The position numbers and the translations under genes are program-made. Shown here one piece after another: positions 1 to 11,137 of a stretch of 64,000 nucleotides of DNA (its first letter is position 1; each line of letters opens with the position of its first letter). Origin of the DNA: Pseudomonadota bacterium (GTDB taxonomy: Bacteria > Pseudomonadota > Alphaproteobacteria > Rhodobacterales > Rhodobacteraceae); assembly GCA_020161615.1 (NCBI GenBank), contig JAIUPD010000001.1, positions 450,875 to 514,874 on the forward strand. Reading direction: 5' to 3'. Below the pieces are notes generated by a model, which made no database searches, was not told the DNA's origin, and saw nothing but the letters and a program-made list of their open reading frames with translations.

Positions 1-336
1 CTCGACGCCGTGGTCTACCGCGCCAAGTTCGTGCCGACCATCTTCGCCGCCCGCCAGTTCGTGAACCACGGCCATGTGACCGTGAACGGCAAGCGCGTGA
101 ACATCGCCTCCTACCGCGTCAAGGAAGGCGACGTGATCGCCGTCCGCGACCGCTCGAAGCAGCTCGCCATCGTCCTGGAAGCCGTCGCTTCCGCCGAGCG
201 TGACGTGCCCGATTACCTCGAAGTCGACCATTCCAAACTGACCGCGACCTTTGTGCGCACGCCGGGTCTGGGCGATGTGCCCTACGCGGTGCAGATGGAA
301 CCGAATCTCGTCGTTGAATATTACGCGAAGAACTGA
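1..336 (+). CDS. rpsD: 30S ribosomal protein S4 (uS4), C-terminal part; the 5' end lies outside the window
   Basis: The reading frame is open from nt 1. [30 protein letters not shown] is the S4 RNA-binding domain, and the C-terminal YLEVD...EPNLVVEYY tail is typical of bacterial S4. Confidence 0.9.
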   Translation, partial: LDAVVYRAKFVPTIFAARQFVNHGHVTVNGKRVNIASYRVKEGDVIAVRDRSKQLAIVLEAVASAERDVPDYLEVDHSKLTATFVRTPGLGDVPYAVQMEPNLVVEYYAKN

Positions 337-367
337 TCCGGCCACGGCTGAGGTCTTGCCTTTGGGG

Positions 368-400
368 AAGGGCCGCGCCGGGGAACCGGGGCGGCCCTTT
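368..400 (+). terminator. GC-rich hairpin downstream of rpsD
   Basis: AAGGGCCGC (368-376) pairs with GCGGCCCTT (391-399), with an inner CCGG/CCGG pairing. It sits about 30 nt after the rpsD stop and ends in TTT. Confidence 0.55.
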
Positions 401-523
401 CGCATGCGTGGCTCCGAAGAGCATATTTTCGGCAGAATGAAGCCAGCGGGGCGATACGAGGGACCCGGGCGGGTAGCCGCCAGGATCATCACCGGATAAA
501 TGCGTTCTGGGGGACATGAAGAC

Positions 524-1609
524 ATGAACGACGCCATCCGCCCGCAACCCGGGATCATGGAGATCGCGCTTTATGTGAGCGGCGAGAGCAAGGTCGCGGG
601 CAAGACCGAGGTGTTGAAACTCTCGTCGAACGAGAATCCCTATGGCCCCTCGCCCCGGGCGCAGGCGGCTTTTGCGGAGGCCGCGGCGTCCCTGCATCGC
701 TACCCCTCGACCGATCACGCCGAGCTGCGGGCCGCGATTGGCGAGATCCACGGCCTCGATCCCGCGCGGATCATCTGCGGCGTGGGTTCGGACGAGGTGC
801 TGCAATTCATCACCCAGGCCTATGCCGGGCCGGGCGATGAATGCATCACCACCGAGCACGGGTTTTCCATGTACCCGATCCTGGCCCATGCGGCGGGGGC
901 GGTGCCGGTCACGGTGGCCGAGGCCGAGCGGCGGGTCGATGTAGACGCGATTCTGGCGGCGGTGACGCCGCGCACGAAGATCGTCTTCATCGCCAATCCC
1001 GCCAATCCGACCGGGACGATGGTGGCCGAGGCCGATCTGCGCCGCCTGGCCGAGGGGCTGGGCGCGGGGGTGATCCTGGTGCTGGACGGCGCCTATGCCG
1101 AATTCGCGGGCGATTTCGACGGCGGCGTCTCGCTGGTCGAGGACTTCCCCAATGTGGTGATGACCCGTACCTTCTCGAAGATCCACGGGCTGGGCGGGCT
1201 GCGGATCGGCTGGGGCTATGCCCGGCGCGAGATCATCGAGGTGCTGAACCGCATCCGCCAGCCCTTCAACCTGAGCCTCGCGCAGATGGCGGCGGCCGAG
1301 GCGGCGGTGCGGGATTTGGATTACACCCGCTTCTGCGCCACCGAGAATGCGCGCTGGCGCGAGTTCCTGAGGAATGGCCTGGTGCAGATGGGCGTCGCCT
1401 GCGACGAGAGCTTCGCCAATTTCGTGCTGGCCCGCTTCGCCAGCGCCGAGGAAGCCGACGCGGTGGACCGTGCGCTGAGGGAGGACGGAATCCTGGTGCG
1501 CAAGGTGGGGGGCTATGGCCTGCCGCAGTGCCTGCGCATCACCGTCGGCGACGAAGCGGCCTGCCGGCGTATCCTCGGCGTGATCGCCACTTTCAAGGGA
1601 ATCCGCTGA
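524..1609 (+). CDS. hisC: histidinol-phosphate aminotransferase
   Basis: [13 protein letters not shown], a YP-x-x-D motif and [16 protein letters not shown] (PLP lysine region) are typical of HisC. An alternative upstream ATG at 500 has no Shine-Dalgarno sequence. The stop overlaps the tyrC start (TGATG). Confidence 0.9.
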   Translation: MNDAIRPQPGIMEIALYVSGESKVAGKTEVLKLSSNENPYGPSPRAQAAFAEAAASLHRYPSTDHAELRAAIGEIHGLDPARIICGVGSDEVLQFITQAYAGPGDECITTEHGFSMYPILAHAAGAVPVTVAEAERRVDVDAILAAVTPRTKIVFIANPANPTGTMVAEADLRRLAEGLGAGVILVLDGAYAEFAGDFDGGVSLVEDFPNVVMTRTFSKIHGLGGLRIGWGYARREIIEVLNRIRQPFNLSLAQMAAAEAAVRDLDYTRFCATENARWREFLRNGLVQMGVACDESFANFVLARFASAEEADAVDRALREDGILVRKVGGYGLPQCLRITVGDEAACRRILGVIATFKGIR

Positions 1610-2526
1610 TGGCGCAGGTCTATGAACGGGTGGCCCTGATCGGGCTGGGGCTGATCGCCGGGTCGATGGCGCATGCGATGAAGCGGCGGGGGCTTGCGGG
1701 CCATATCGCGGGTTTCGCCCGTACTGCGGAAACCCGCAAGGCGGCGGCCGAGATCGGCTTCATCGACAGCGTGCATGAAAGCGCTGCCGAGGCGGTCAAG
1801 GGCGCGGACCTCGTGGTCCTTGCCGTGCCGGTCGGTGCGATGGGCGCGGTGGCCGAGGAAATCGCCCCGCATCTGGCCCCCGGCGCGACCGTGACTGATG
1901 TGGGCTCGGTCAAACAGGCGGTGATTGACGCGGTGGGGCCGCATATCCCCGAGGGCGTGCATTTCATCCCCAGCCATCCGTTGGCCGGGACCGAGCATTC
2001 GGGGCCCTATTCGGGCTTCGCCACGCTCTTCGAGAACCGCTGGTGGCTGCTGACCCCGCTCGAGGGCGCCGATCCCGAGGCCGTGGCTCGGCTCCGGGCG
2101 CTTTACGAAGGCGTCGGCGCCAATGTCGACACGATGGAGCCCGGGCATCACGATCTGGTGCTGGCGGTCGTGTCGCATACGCCGCACCTCATCGCCTATA
2201 CGATGGTGGGCGTGGCCGATCACTTGCGCCGTGTCTCGCAATCCGAGGTGATCAAGTATTCGGCCTCGGGCTTTCGCGACTTCACCCGGATCGCGGCCTC
2301 GGACCCGACGATGTGGCGCGATGTTTTCCTGACCAACAAGGAGGCGACGCTCGACATCCTCGGCCGCTTCACCGAAGAATTGTTCGTGCTGCAACGAGCG
2401 ATCCGCATGGGCGACGGCGACCATCTTTTCGATTACTTCACCCGCACCCGAGCCATCCGGCGCGGGATCATCGAGGCCGGGCAGGACACCGATGCGCCGG
2501 ATTTCGGCCGGGTGCGGAAGGGCTGA
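1609..2526 (+). CDS. tyrC: prephenate/arogenate dehydrogenase
   Basis: N-terminal Rossmann motif VALIGLGLIAGS, an HPLAGTEHSGP active-site motif, and the conserved hisC-tyrC pairing. Confidence 0.85.
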   Translation: MAQVYERVALIGLGLIAGSMAHAMKRRGLAGHIAGFARTAETRKAAAEIGFIDSVHESAAEAVKGADLVVLAVPVGAMGAVAEEIAPHLAPGATVTDVGSVKQAVIDAVGPHIPEGVHFIPSHPLAGTEHSGPYSGFATLFENRWWLLTPLEGADPEAVARLRALYEGVGANVDTMEPGHHDLVLAVVSHTPHLIAYTMVGVADHLRRVSQSEVIKYSASGFRDFTRIAASDPTMWRDVFLTNKEATLDILGRFTEELFVLQRAIRMGDGDHLFDYFTRTRAIRRGIIEAGQDTDAPDFGRVRKG

Positions 2527-2530
2527 GCGG

Positions 2531-3544
2531 GTGGCGTTCTGGCGCATCTCCCTGCTGGTTCTGGCGCTGATGGCGCCGGGGCCGGGCTGGGGAGAGGCGC
2601 CGTTGACATCGCCCCCTCCGCGCGCCCGTCCGGCCGCCCCGGGCATCGACGCGGCCGTCGCCGCCGCCCTGATCGCCCCGCCCCCGCGTCCGCCCGGTGC
2701 TGTCCCGCTCAGCGAGGCGGTCGCGGCCGAGGCGCTGGCCGCCCAGCAGGCCGCCGATGCAGCCCGCCACGCCGCCGAAGCCGCGCAGGCGGCGCGGATC
2801 GAGGCCGAGCGGCAGGTGGCCGAACGCGTCGCGCATGACGAGGGCGCCGAGGCGGCCGAGATCAGCCCGCTTGCCGTCGCCAGCAGCCTTTTTCCGCGCC
2901 GCCGGACCTCGTCGGTCGTGCAGCGTTTTGCGACGCTGGCCGCGATCCGGGCGCAGGAGAGGGCCCAGCAGCAGACGGCCGCCGTGGCCGTACCCAACCG
3001 CACCGGCGGCCCTTCGGGCAGCGGGCTTTGCGGGGTGCGGGGTCTTGCCGGGCGGGAATTGCCGCGCATCACCTCGACCACGCAGGGCTGCGGCATCGCC
3101 CGGCCGGTCAGCGTGACCTCGGTCAACGGCATCCCGCTATCACTGGCCGCGACCCTCGATTGCGACGCGGCCACGGCCTTCGAACGCTGGGTCCGCACCG
3201 AGGCGCTGCCTGCCATCGGCCGGACCGGTGGCGGCGTCACGCAGATCCGCATCATGGGCCATTATTCCTGCCGACCCCGCAACAACCAGCGCGGGGCGCG
3301 GATTTCCGAGCACGGGCGGGGCAGGGCGGTGGATGTTGGCGGCTTCCGGCTGGCCGACGGCACCGTCGTCACGGTCGAGCAGCATTACCGCCGCGGCCCT
3401 TACCGGCGCATGATGCGGCAGATGTACCAGGCGGCCTGCGGCATCTTCCGCACCACGCTGGGCCCCGATTCGGACCGTTTCCATCAGGACCATTTCCACT
3501 TCGACGTGGCCCAGCACCGGGGCGGCGGCACCTATTGCCGCTGA
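2531..3544 (+). CDS. extensin-like family protein (signal peptide, Ala/Pro-rich linker, extensin-like C-terminal domain)
   Basis: The C-terminal region (CGIARPV...LDCDAATAFERW...YSCRPRNNQRGARISEHGRGRAVDV...HFHFD) matches my recollection of the Extensin-like_C family. A GTG at 2531 gives a signal-like N-terminus; an ATG at 2492 is the alternative start. Confidence 0.7.
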   Translation: MAFWRISLLVLALMAPGPGWGEAPLTSPPPRARPAAPGIDAAVAAALIAPPPRPPGAVPLSEAVAAEALAAQQAADAARHAAEAAQAARIEAERQVAERVAHDEGAEAAEISPLAVASSLFPRRRTSSVVQRFATLAAIRAQERAQQQTAAVAVPNRTGGPSGSGLCGVRGLAGRELPRITSTTQGCGIARPVSVTSVNGIPLSLAATLDCDAATAFERWVRTEALPAIGRTGGGVTQIRIMGHYSCRPRNNQRGARISEHGRGRAVDVGGFRLADGTVVTVEQHYRRGPYRRMMRQMYQAACGIFRTTLGPDSDRFHQDHFHFDVAQHRGGGTYCR

Positions 3545-3635
3545 GGGCTTCTGACGCTGCGTGACTTTGGCCCGAGGCTCTTTGTGCAGGTGCAGCACGG
3601 GTCTATACAGGGGCCGAGGAGCATCACGGAAAGGG

Positions 3636-4817
3636 ATGGACATGGACGAGATCGTCATTCTCAGCGGCGCGCGCAGCGCCATCGGCACCTTCGGCGGCAG
3701 CCTCTCGGGCCTGCCCCCGGCGGAGGTGGCCACCCAGGTCTCGAAAGCGGCGCTGGAGCGTGCGGGCGTCCAGCCCTCGCAGATCGGCACCGTCGTCTTC
3801 GGCCATGTCATCAACACCATCCCGCGCGACGCCTATCTGTCGCGCGTGGCCGCCATCGGCGCGGGCATTCCCGACACGACCCCGGCGATGAACGTGAACC
3901 GGCTCTGCGGCTCGGGCGCGCAGGCCATCGTCTCGGCGGTGCAGGCGCTGGCGCTGGGCGACGCGGATTTCGCGCTGGCGGGCGGGGCCGAGAGCATGAG
4001 CCGCGCCCCCTATATCGTGCCCGCCGCGCGCTTTGGCCAGAAAATGGGCGATGCGCAGGTGCTGGACATGATGCTGGGCGCGCTGACCTGCCCCTTCGGC
4101 ACCGGCCATATGGGCGTAACGGCCGAGAACGTCTCGGCCGAGAACGACATCAGCCGCGAAGCGCAGGACGCCTTCGCCCTGGAAAGCCAGCAGCGGGCGG
4201 CCCGCGCCATCGCCGAGGGCCGCTTTGCCAGCCAGATCGTCCCGATCACGGTGAAGGGCCGCAAGGGCGACGTGGTTTTCGACACCGACGAGCATCCCAA
4301 AGCGACCTCGGCCGAGGCGCTGGCCGGTCTGCGCCCGGCCTTCAAGAAGGACGGCACGGTGACCGCGGGCAATGCCTCGGGCATCAATGACGGCGCCGCA
4401 GCGCTGGTGCTGGCGCGGCGTGACGCGGCCGAAAAGGCCGGGCTGAAGCCGCTTGCCAGGATTGTGGGCTATGCGGTCGCCGGCGTGCGGCCCGAGGTGA
4501 TGGGCATCGGCCCGATCCCGGCGGTACAGCAGCTCTGCGCGCGCACCGGCCTCACGGTCGAGGATTTCGACGTGATCGAATCGAACGAAGCCTTCGCGGC
4601 GCAGGCGCTGGCGGTGAACAAGGGCCTCGGCCTCGATCCCGCCAAGGTGAACCCCAACGGCGGCGCCATCGCGCTGGGCCATCCGGTCGGCGCGACCGGC
4701 GCCATCGTCACCGTCAAGGCGCTGTACGAGCTGGAGCGGATCGGCGGGCGCTACGGGCTGATCACCATGTGCATCGGCGGCGGCCAGGGCATCGCGCTGG
4801 CCATCGAGCGGCTGTGA
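3636..4817 (+). CDS. acetyl-CoA C-acetyltransferase (thiolase II)
   Basis: [10 protein letters not shown] (active-site Cys), [21 protein letters not shown] and CIGGGQG are thiolase signatures. ATG 3642 is an equally plausible start. Confidence 0.9.
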   Translation: MDMDEIVILSGARSAIGTFGGSLSGLPPAEVATQVSKAALERAGVQPSQIGTVVFGHVINTIPRDAYLSRVAAIGAGIPDTTPAMNVNRLCGSGAQAIVSAVQALALGDADFALAGGAESMSRAPYIVPAARFGQKMGDAQVLDMMLGALTCPFGTGHMGVTAENVSAENDISREAQDAFALESQQRAARAIAEGRFASQIVPITVKGRKGDVVFDTDEHPKATSAEALAGLRPAFKKDGTVTAGNASGINDGAAALVLARRDAAEKAGLKPLARIVGYAVAGVRPEVMGIGPIPAVQQLCARTGLTVEDFDVIESNEAFAAQALAVNKGLGLDPAKVNPNGGAIALGHPVGATGAIVTVKALYELERIGGRYGLITMCIGGGQGIALAIERL

Positions 4818-4880
4818 CAAAAGGTCTTTGACGCGCAAGGCGGGTTAAGGACCTATTCACCCATACCGGGGATCCTCGGC

Positions 4881-4901
4881 GGACCGGCCCTGCGCCGGTC
4901 C
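4881..4901 (+). terminator. perfect 8-bp hairpin after the thiolase gene
   Basis: GGACCGGC-CCTGC-GCCGGTCC, 64 nt after the stop. There is no U-tract, so terminator function is uncertain. Confidence 0.35.
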
Positions 4902-4924
4902 GTCGATTCAGGGTTCCGGGGCAG

Positions 4925-7144
<2,220 letters not shown>

Positions 7145-7215
7145 GCCATGGTGAAGGCTTGCGGCGGGCGGGTGCAGGCCTTACCTGAGGGGGACTCCCG
7201 ACCAAAGAGGTTGCC

Positions 7216-7503
7216 ATGACGTCCCTGATCCAGATCCTTCTGATGCTCCTCAACGTCGTGTGGTGGATCGTCATCGTGCATGTGATCATGTCATGGCTGA
7301 TCAATTTCCAGGTGCTGAACCTGCGTCAGCCGCTGGTCGCGCAGATCTGGGACGGGCTGAACCGGCTGCTCGATCCGCTCTATTCGCGGATCCGGCGGCT
7401 TCTGCCCAACATGGGTGGTCTGGACCTGGCGCCGCTGATCGTGCTGCTGGCGGTCTATGCGCTGCAGATCGTCCTGGTGAACAACTTCGTCTATCCGCGC
7501 TGA
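7216..7503 (+). CDS. yggT: YggT family membrane protein
   Basis: A 95-aa protein with two hydrophobic segments. Its length and pattern (ILSW...NP...P.....GLDLSP-like GGLDLAPLIV) are typical of YggT. Confidence 0.8.
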   Translation: MTSLIQILLMLLNVVWWIVIVHVIMSWLINFQVLNLRQPLVAQIWDGLNRLLDPLYSRIRRLLPNMGGLDLAPLIVLLAVYALQIVLVNNFVYPR

Positions 7504-7507
7504 TCCG

Positions 7508-9571
7508 GTGAGCGAGGCCGCCGTCTCTGACCGCAGCCGCGACCTGCTGGCGCGGGTCTTCGGCTTTGCCGCCTTCCGCCCCGGCCAGGAAGAGATCGTC
7601 GAGGCGGTGATCGCCGGGCGCGACGTGCTGGCGATCATGCCCACGGGTGGCGGCAAGTCGCTGTGCTTTCAGTTGCCGGCCCTGGCCCGGGACGGGCTGA
7701 CGGTGGTCATCTCGCCGCTGATCGCGCTGATGCGCGATCAGGTGCGGGGCTTGCAGGAAGCGGGCGTCGCCGCGGGCGCGCTGACCTCGGGCAACACGCC
7801 CGAGGAGAACGAGGAGATCTTCGCGGCGATGGAGGGCGGGCGGCTCAAGCTCCTCTATATCGCGCCGGAACGGTTGGCGTCCTCGGGCACCACGGCGCTG
7901 CTCAGGCGCTCGGATTGCCGGCTGATCGCGGTCGATGAGGCGCATTGCGTCAGCCAATGGGGCCATGACTTCCGCCCCGATTACCTGCGCATCGGTGAAC
8001 TCAGGCAGGCACTGGGCGTGCCGCTCGCCGCCTTCACCGCCACCGCCGACCGCGCCACGCAGGACGAGATCGTCCAGCGCCTCTTTGCCGGCACGAGCCC
8101 CGAGACCTTCCTGCGCGGCTTCGACCGGCCGAACATCCGGTTGGCCTTTGCCGCCAAGGACAGCCCGCGCAAGCAGATCATGGCCTTCGCCGCCGCCCGC
8201 AAGGGCCAGTCCGGCATCGTCTATTGCGCGACCCGGGCCCGGACCGAGACGCTGGCCCGCGCGCTGGAAGAGGCCGGGCACAATGCCCGCGCCTATCACG
8301 GCGGGATGGAGGATTGGGAGCGCCGCAAGGTCGAGACCCTGTTTCAGACCGAGGAAGGCCTCATCGTCTGCGCCACCGTCGCCTTCGGCATGGGCGTGGA
8401 CAAGCCCGATGTGCGCTGGGTCGCCCATTCCGACCTGCCCAAATCCATCGAGGCCTATTATCAGGAGATCGGCCGCGCCGGGCGTGACGGGCTGCCGGCC
8501 GACACGCTGACCCTCTACGGCCCCGACGACATCCGCCTGCGCCGGGCCCAGATCGACGAATCGAACGCGCCCCCCGAACGGCGCGAAGCCGATCACGCCC
8601 GCCTCAACACGCTGCTGGGTCTGGCCGAGGCCACCGCCTGCCGCCGCCGGATGCTGCTGGCCTATTTCGGCGAAGTGTCGGAGCCCTGCGGCAATTGCGA
8701 CCTCTGCGAGCGTCCGGCCAAGACCTTCGACGCGACCGAGGCGGTGCGGAAGGCCCTGTCGGCCATGCTGCGCACGGGCGAGAGTTTCGGCACCGGCCAT
8801 CTGGTCGACATCCTGACCGGCACGCTGACCGACAAGGTCAAGCAATGGCGCCACGACGATCTGCCGACCTTCGGCGTCGGGCGGGAGTTGAGCAAGCACG
8901 CCTGGCAGGCGGTCTTCCGGCAGATGATGGGCCGCGATCTGGTGCGCCCCGATGCCGAACGCCACGGCGCGCTCAGGATGACCGAGGTCGCGCGGCCGGT
9001 GCTGAAAGGCGAGCAGGCGCTCACCTTCCGCGCCGATACCGTCGAGCGGATCGCCACGCGGGCCGAGCCCCGGGCGCTGGTCTCGGACGAGGACGCGCCG
9101 CTGCTCTCGGCGCTGAAAGCGATGCGCCGGGCGCTGGCCGACCGGGCCGGGGTGCCGCCCTATGTGATCTTCACCGACCGCTCGCTGATCGAGATGGCCG
9201 AGCGGCGGCCCGCGACGCTGGACGAATTCGCGGCGATCTCGGGTGTGGGGGCCACCAAGCTCGACCGCTACGGCCAGACCTTCCTCGGCGTGATCACCGG
9301 GGCCGAGGCCCCCGCCGCCCATCCCGCGCGCCGCAAGCTCGCCGGCAGCGAGGCGGGCGAGATCATGGACCGTCTGGCCGAGGCGCAGGCGGCGCTGACC
9401 CGGGGCGAGGACGGCACCGGCAAATACCTCGTCTGCACCCATGCAACGCTGCGCGCCATCGCCGAGCGCCGCCCGCGCAGCCTGTCGGAACTGGAGCGGA
9501 TCCAAGGCATGGGCGCGGCCAAGGTCGAGCGGTTCGGCGAGGCGTTCCTGGGTGTTCTGGCCGACAGCTAG
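7508..9571 (+). CDS. recQ: ATP-dependent DNA helicase RecQ with two C-terminal HRDC-like domains
   Basis: FGFAAFRPGQEEI, PTGGGKS, DEAHCVSQWGHDFRP, the zinc-binding CGNCDLC motif, then two tandem HRDC-like repeats. GTG start. Confidence 0.9.
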   Translation: MSEAAVSDRSRDLLARVFGFAAFRPGQEEIVEAVIAGRDVLAIMPTGGGKSLCFQLPALARDGLTVVISPLIALMRDQVRGLQEAGVAAGALTSGNTPEENEEIFAAMEGGRLKLLYIAPERLASSGTTALLRRSDCRLIAVDEAHCVSQWGHDFRPDYLRIGELRQALGVPLAAFTATADRATQDEIVQRLFAGTSPETFLRGFDRPNIRLAFAAKDSPRKQIMAFAAARKGQSGIVYCATRARTETLARALEEAGHNARAYHGGMEDWERRKVETLFQTEEGLIVCATVAFGMGVDKPDVRWVAHSDLPKSIEAYYQEIGRAGRDGLPADTLTLYGPDDIRLRRAQIDESNAPPERREADHARLNTLLGLAEATACRRRMLLAYFGEVSEPCGNCDLCERPAKTFDATEAVRKALSAMLRTGESFGTGHLVDILTGTLTDKVKQWRHDDLPTFGVGRELSKHAWQAVFRQMMGRDLVRPDAERHGALRMTEVARPVLKGEQALTFRADTVERIATRAEPRALVSDEDAPLLSALKAMRRALADRAGVPPYVIFTDRSLIEMAERRPATLDEFAAISGVGATKLDRYGQTFLGVITGAEAPAAHPARRKLAGSEAGEIMDRLAEAQAALTRGEDGTGKYLVCTHATLRAIAERRPRSLSELERIQGMGAAKVERFGEAFLGVLADS

Positions 9572-10245
9572 GCCAGCGCGGCTTCCGGGCCCAGCAGCAC
9601 GAAAACCAGCACCGCCGAGTAGAAGACGAAGCTCGCCGCCAGCACGAAGACATGCCAGATCGTGTAATGGAAGGGCAGGCGGCGCCACAGGTAGAAGACC
9701 ACGCCCAGCGTATAGAGCCCGCCGCCCACGGCCATCAGCACCAGCACCGCGGTCGGCAGCGCCGCGAACAGCGGCCCGCCGGCCACCGCGCCCGCCCAGC
9801 CCATCCCGAGATAGAGCGCCAGCGCGATCCATTTGAACCGTTCGGGCGAGACGATCTTCAGCGCGATCCCGGCCAGCGCCGCCCCCCAGACGCCCAGCGT
9901 CAGCGCCACGCCATGGCCCGACAGCAGGGTGAAGGGTGTATAGGTGCCCGCGATCTTCAGATAGATCGCCGCATGGTCCAGCCGGCGCAGCAGCCATTCC
10001 TTGGCCGTCCCCAGGCCCGAGGTCTCGCCGATATTGTAGAGCGCCGAGAAGAGAATCATCAGGATCAGCGCGCCGCCATAGACCGAGACGCCGGTGATCG
10101 AGGCCGCATCGCCCCGATAGAGCGCGGTCAGCACGATCAGCACCGGCACCGCCATCAGCACCAGCATCAGCCCGGCGACATGCACCACGGCATCCGAAAT
10201 CTGTTCGGCCTTGGAATAGGCGGTGCGGAAGGCGCCGGTCATCAT
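9568..10245 (-). CDS. hemolysin III / PAQR family membrane protein
   Basis: Seven hydrophobic segments. A LDHAAIYLKIAGTYTPF motif and a C-terminal HYTIWHVFVLAAS motif are typical of the family. An AAGGAGA Shine-Dalgarno sequence lies ahead of the ATG at 10245. Confidence 0.85.
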   Translation of the reverse strand: MMTGAFRTAYSKAEQISDAVVHVAGLMLVLMAVPVLIVLTALYRGDAASITGVSVYGGALILMILFSALYNIGETSGLGTAKEWLLRRLDHAAIYLKIAGTYTPFTLLSGHGVALTLGVWGAALAGIALKIVSPERFKWIALALYLGMGWAGAVAGGPLFAALPTAVLVLMAVGGGLYTLGVVFYLWRRLPFHYTIWHVFVLAASFVFYSAVLVFVLLGPEAALA

Positions 10246-10434
10246 TGTCTCCTTGGGATAGTCCCATGCTAGGCGCGCGCGCGGGTCAGGGCAACGCCGA
10301 CGCTTGGTCAACCTTGCCATCGCCGTGTAACCGTTTCGTCAACCGGGCGGTTTCCTGCCGGTCTGACGCTGCGGCGCGGGTTGACCCGGGCCGTTCGCTG
10401 GCCGAGGCAGGGCCTCAGCCGCAGGAGGTCCCGC

Positions 10435-10962
10435 ATGTATCCCCTTCTTCGCTTCGCAAAGGAAACGGTGACCCACCACCGCCGCCCGCTGGGCCTGTTC
10501 GAGACGCATGTCTCGCATCACCTCTGCTGGCCCTGGGACCTCGACCCCTGGATGGAACTCAACAACGGCCGGACGCTGACGCTCTACGATCTGGGGCGAA
10601 TCCCGCTGTGCACCCGGATCGGGCTGACGAAGGTCGTGTTCGGGAACCGCTGGGGGATGACCGTGGCCGGGTCCACCGTGCGCTATCGCCGCCGGATCCG
10701 CGCCTTCCAGCGCTTCGAGATGCACAGCCGGCTCCTGGGCTGGGACGCGCGCTTTCTCTATATCGAGCAAGCGATCTGGCGCGGGGGCGAGGCGCTCAAC
10801 CACCTGCTGGTGCGGATGGCGGTCACCGGGCCCCGGGGGATCGTGCCGCCCGCCGAGGCCTTGGCGCGACTCGGGCCGGTGACGCAGGCGCCGGACCTGC
10901 CCGATTGGGTCCAGGCCTGGATCGCCGTCGATGCCGAACGGCCCTGGCCGCCGCAGGTCTGA
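10435..10962 (+). CDS. thioesterase-superfamily (hot-dog fold, 4HBT-like) protein
   Basis: CWPWDLDPWMELNNGRTLTLYDLGR and the later FEMHSRLLGWDARFLYIEQ pattern match my recollection of acyl-CoA thioesterase-like proteins. Not verified by search. Confidence 0.6.
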   Translation: MYPLLRFAKETVTHHRRPLGLFETHVSHHLCWPWDLDPWMELNNGRTLTLYDLGRIPLCTRIGLTKVVFGNRWGMTVAGSTVRYRRRIRAFQRFEMHSRLLGWDARFLYIEQAIWRGGEALNHLLVRMAVTGPRGIVPPAEALARLGPVTQAPDLPDWVQAWIAVDAERPWPPQV

Positions 10963-11020
10963 GGGCTAGCGCCTGCGGGCCGTGCCCGGCCAGGAGAAAA
11001 TTCTGGAACCATTCCAAAGT

Positions 11021-11034
11021 GTGATCTGGATCAT
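11021..11034 (+). promoter_or_regulatory. candidate FNR/CRP-family (FnrL-type) binding site upstream of the cytochrome c peroxidase gene
   Basis: GTGAT-CTGG-ATCAT is a palindrome close to the TTGAT-N4-ATCAA consensus. It lies about 105 nt upstream of the GTG start at 11138. Confidence 0.4.
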
Positions 11035-11137
11035 GGCGACTCCCTTCGTCCCGTGATCGCCTGTCGGCAACGCGCGAGTCACCGGGGCCGGTCTGACACG
11101 GACGCTTGCCCGGTCCCCGAACCAACGGAGGTTACCC

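Noticed and set aside
251-499. An 82-aa ORF between rpsD and hisC, and mini-ORFs that start at the shared ATGAAG of the 33-nt motif.
   Set aside because: The ORF overlaps the rpsD 3' end and terminator and has no Shine-Dalgarno sequence. The two mini-ORFs (MKPAGRYEG... and MKGGGRQST...) share no protein similarity beyond the first two codons.
7301-10267. A 988-aa minus-strand ORF opposite recQ. The same applies to similar very long ORFs at 25951-29484 (1177 aa), 39041-42010 (989 aa), 4853-6655, 1513-3255, 13193-14932, 51367-53526, 53477-55018, 34333-36012 and 62447-63937.
   Set aside because: Each lies antisense to a gene with clear family motifs. Their products are Arg/Gly/Pro/Ala-rich low-complexity strings with no recognisable motifs. 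Long stop-free antisense frames are expected at this GC content.
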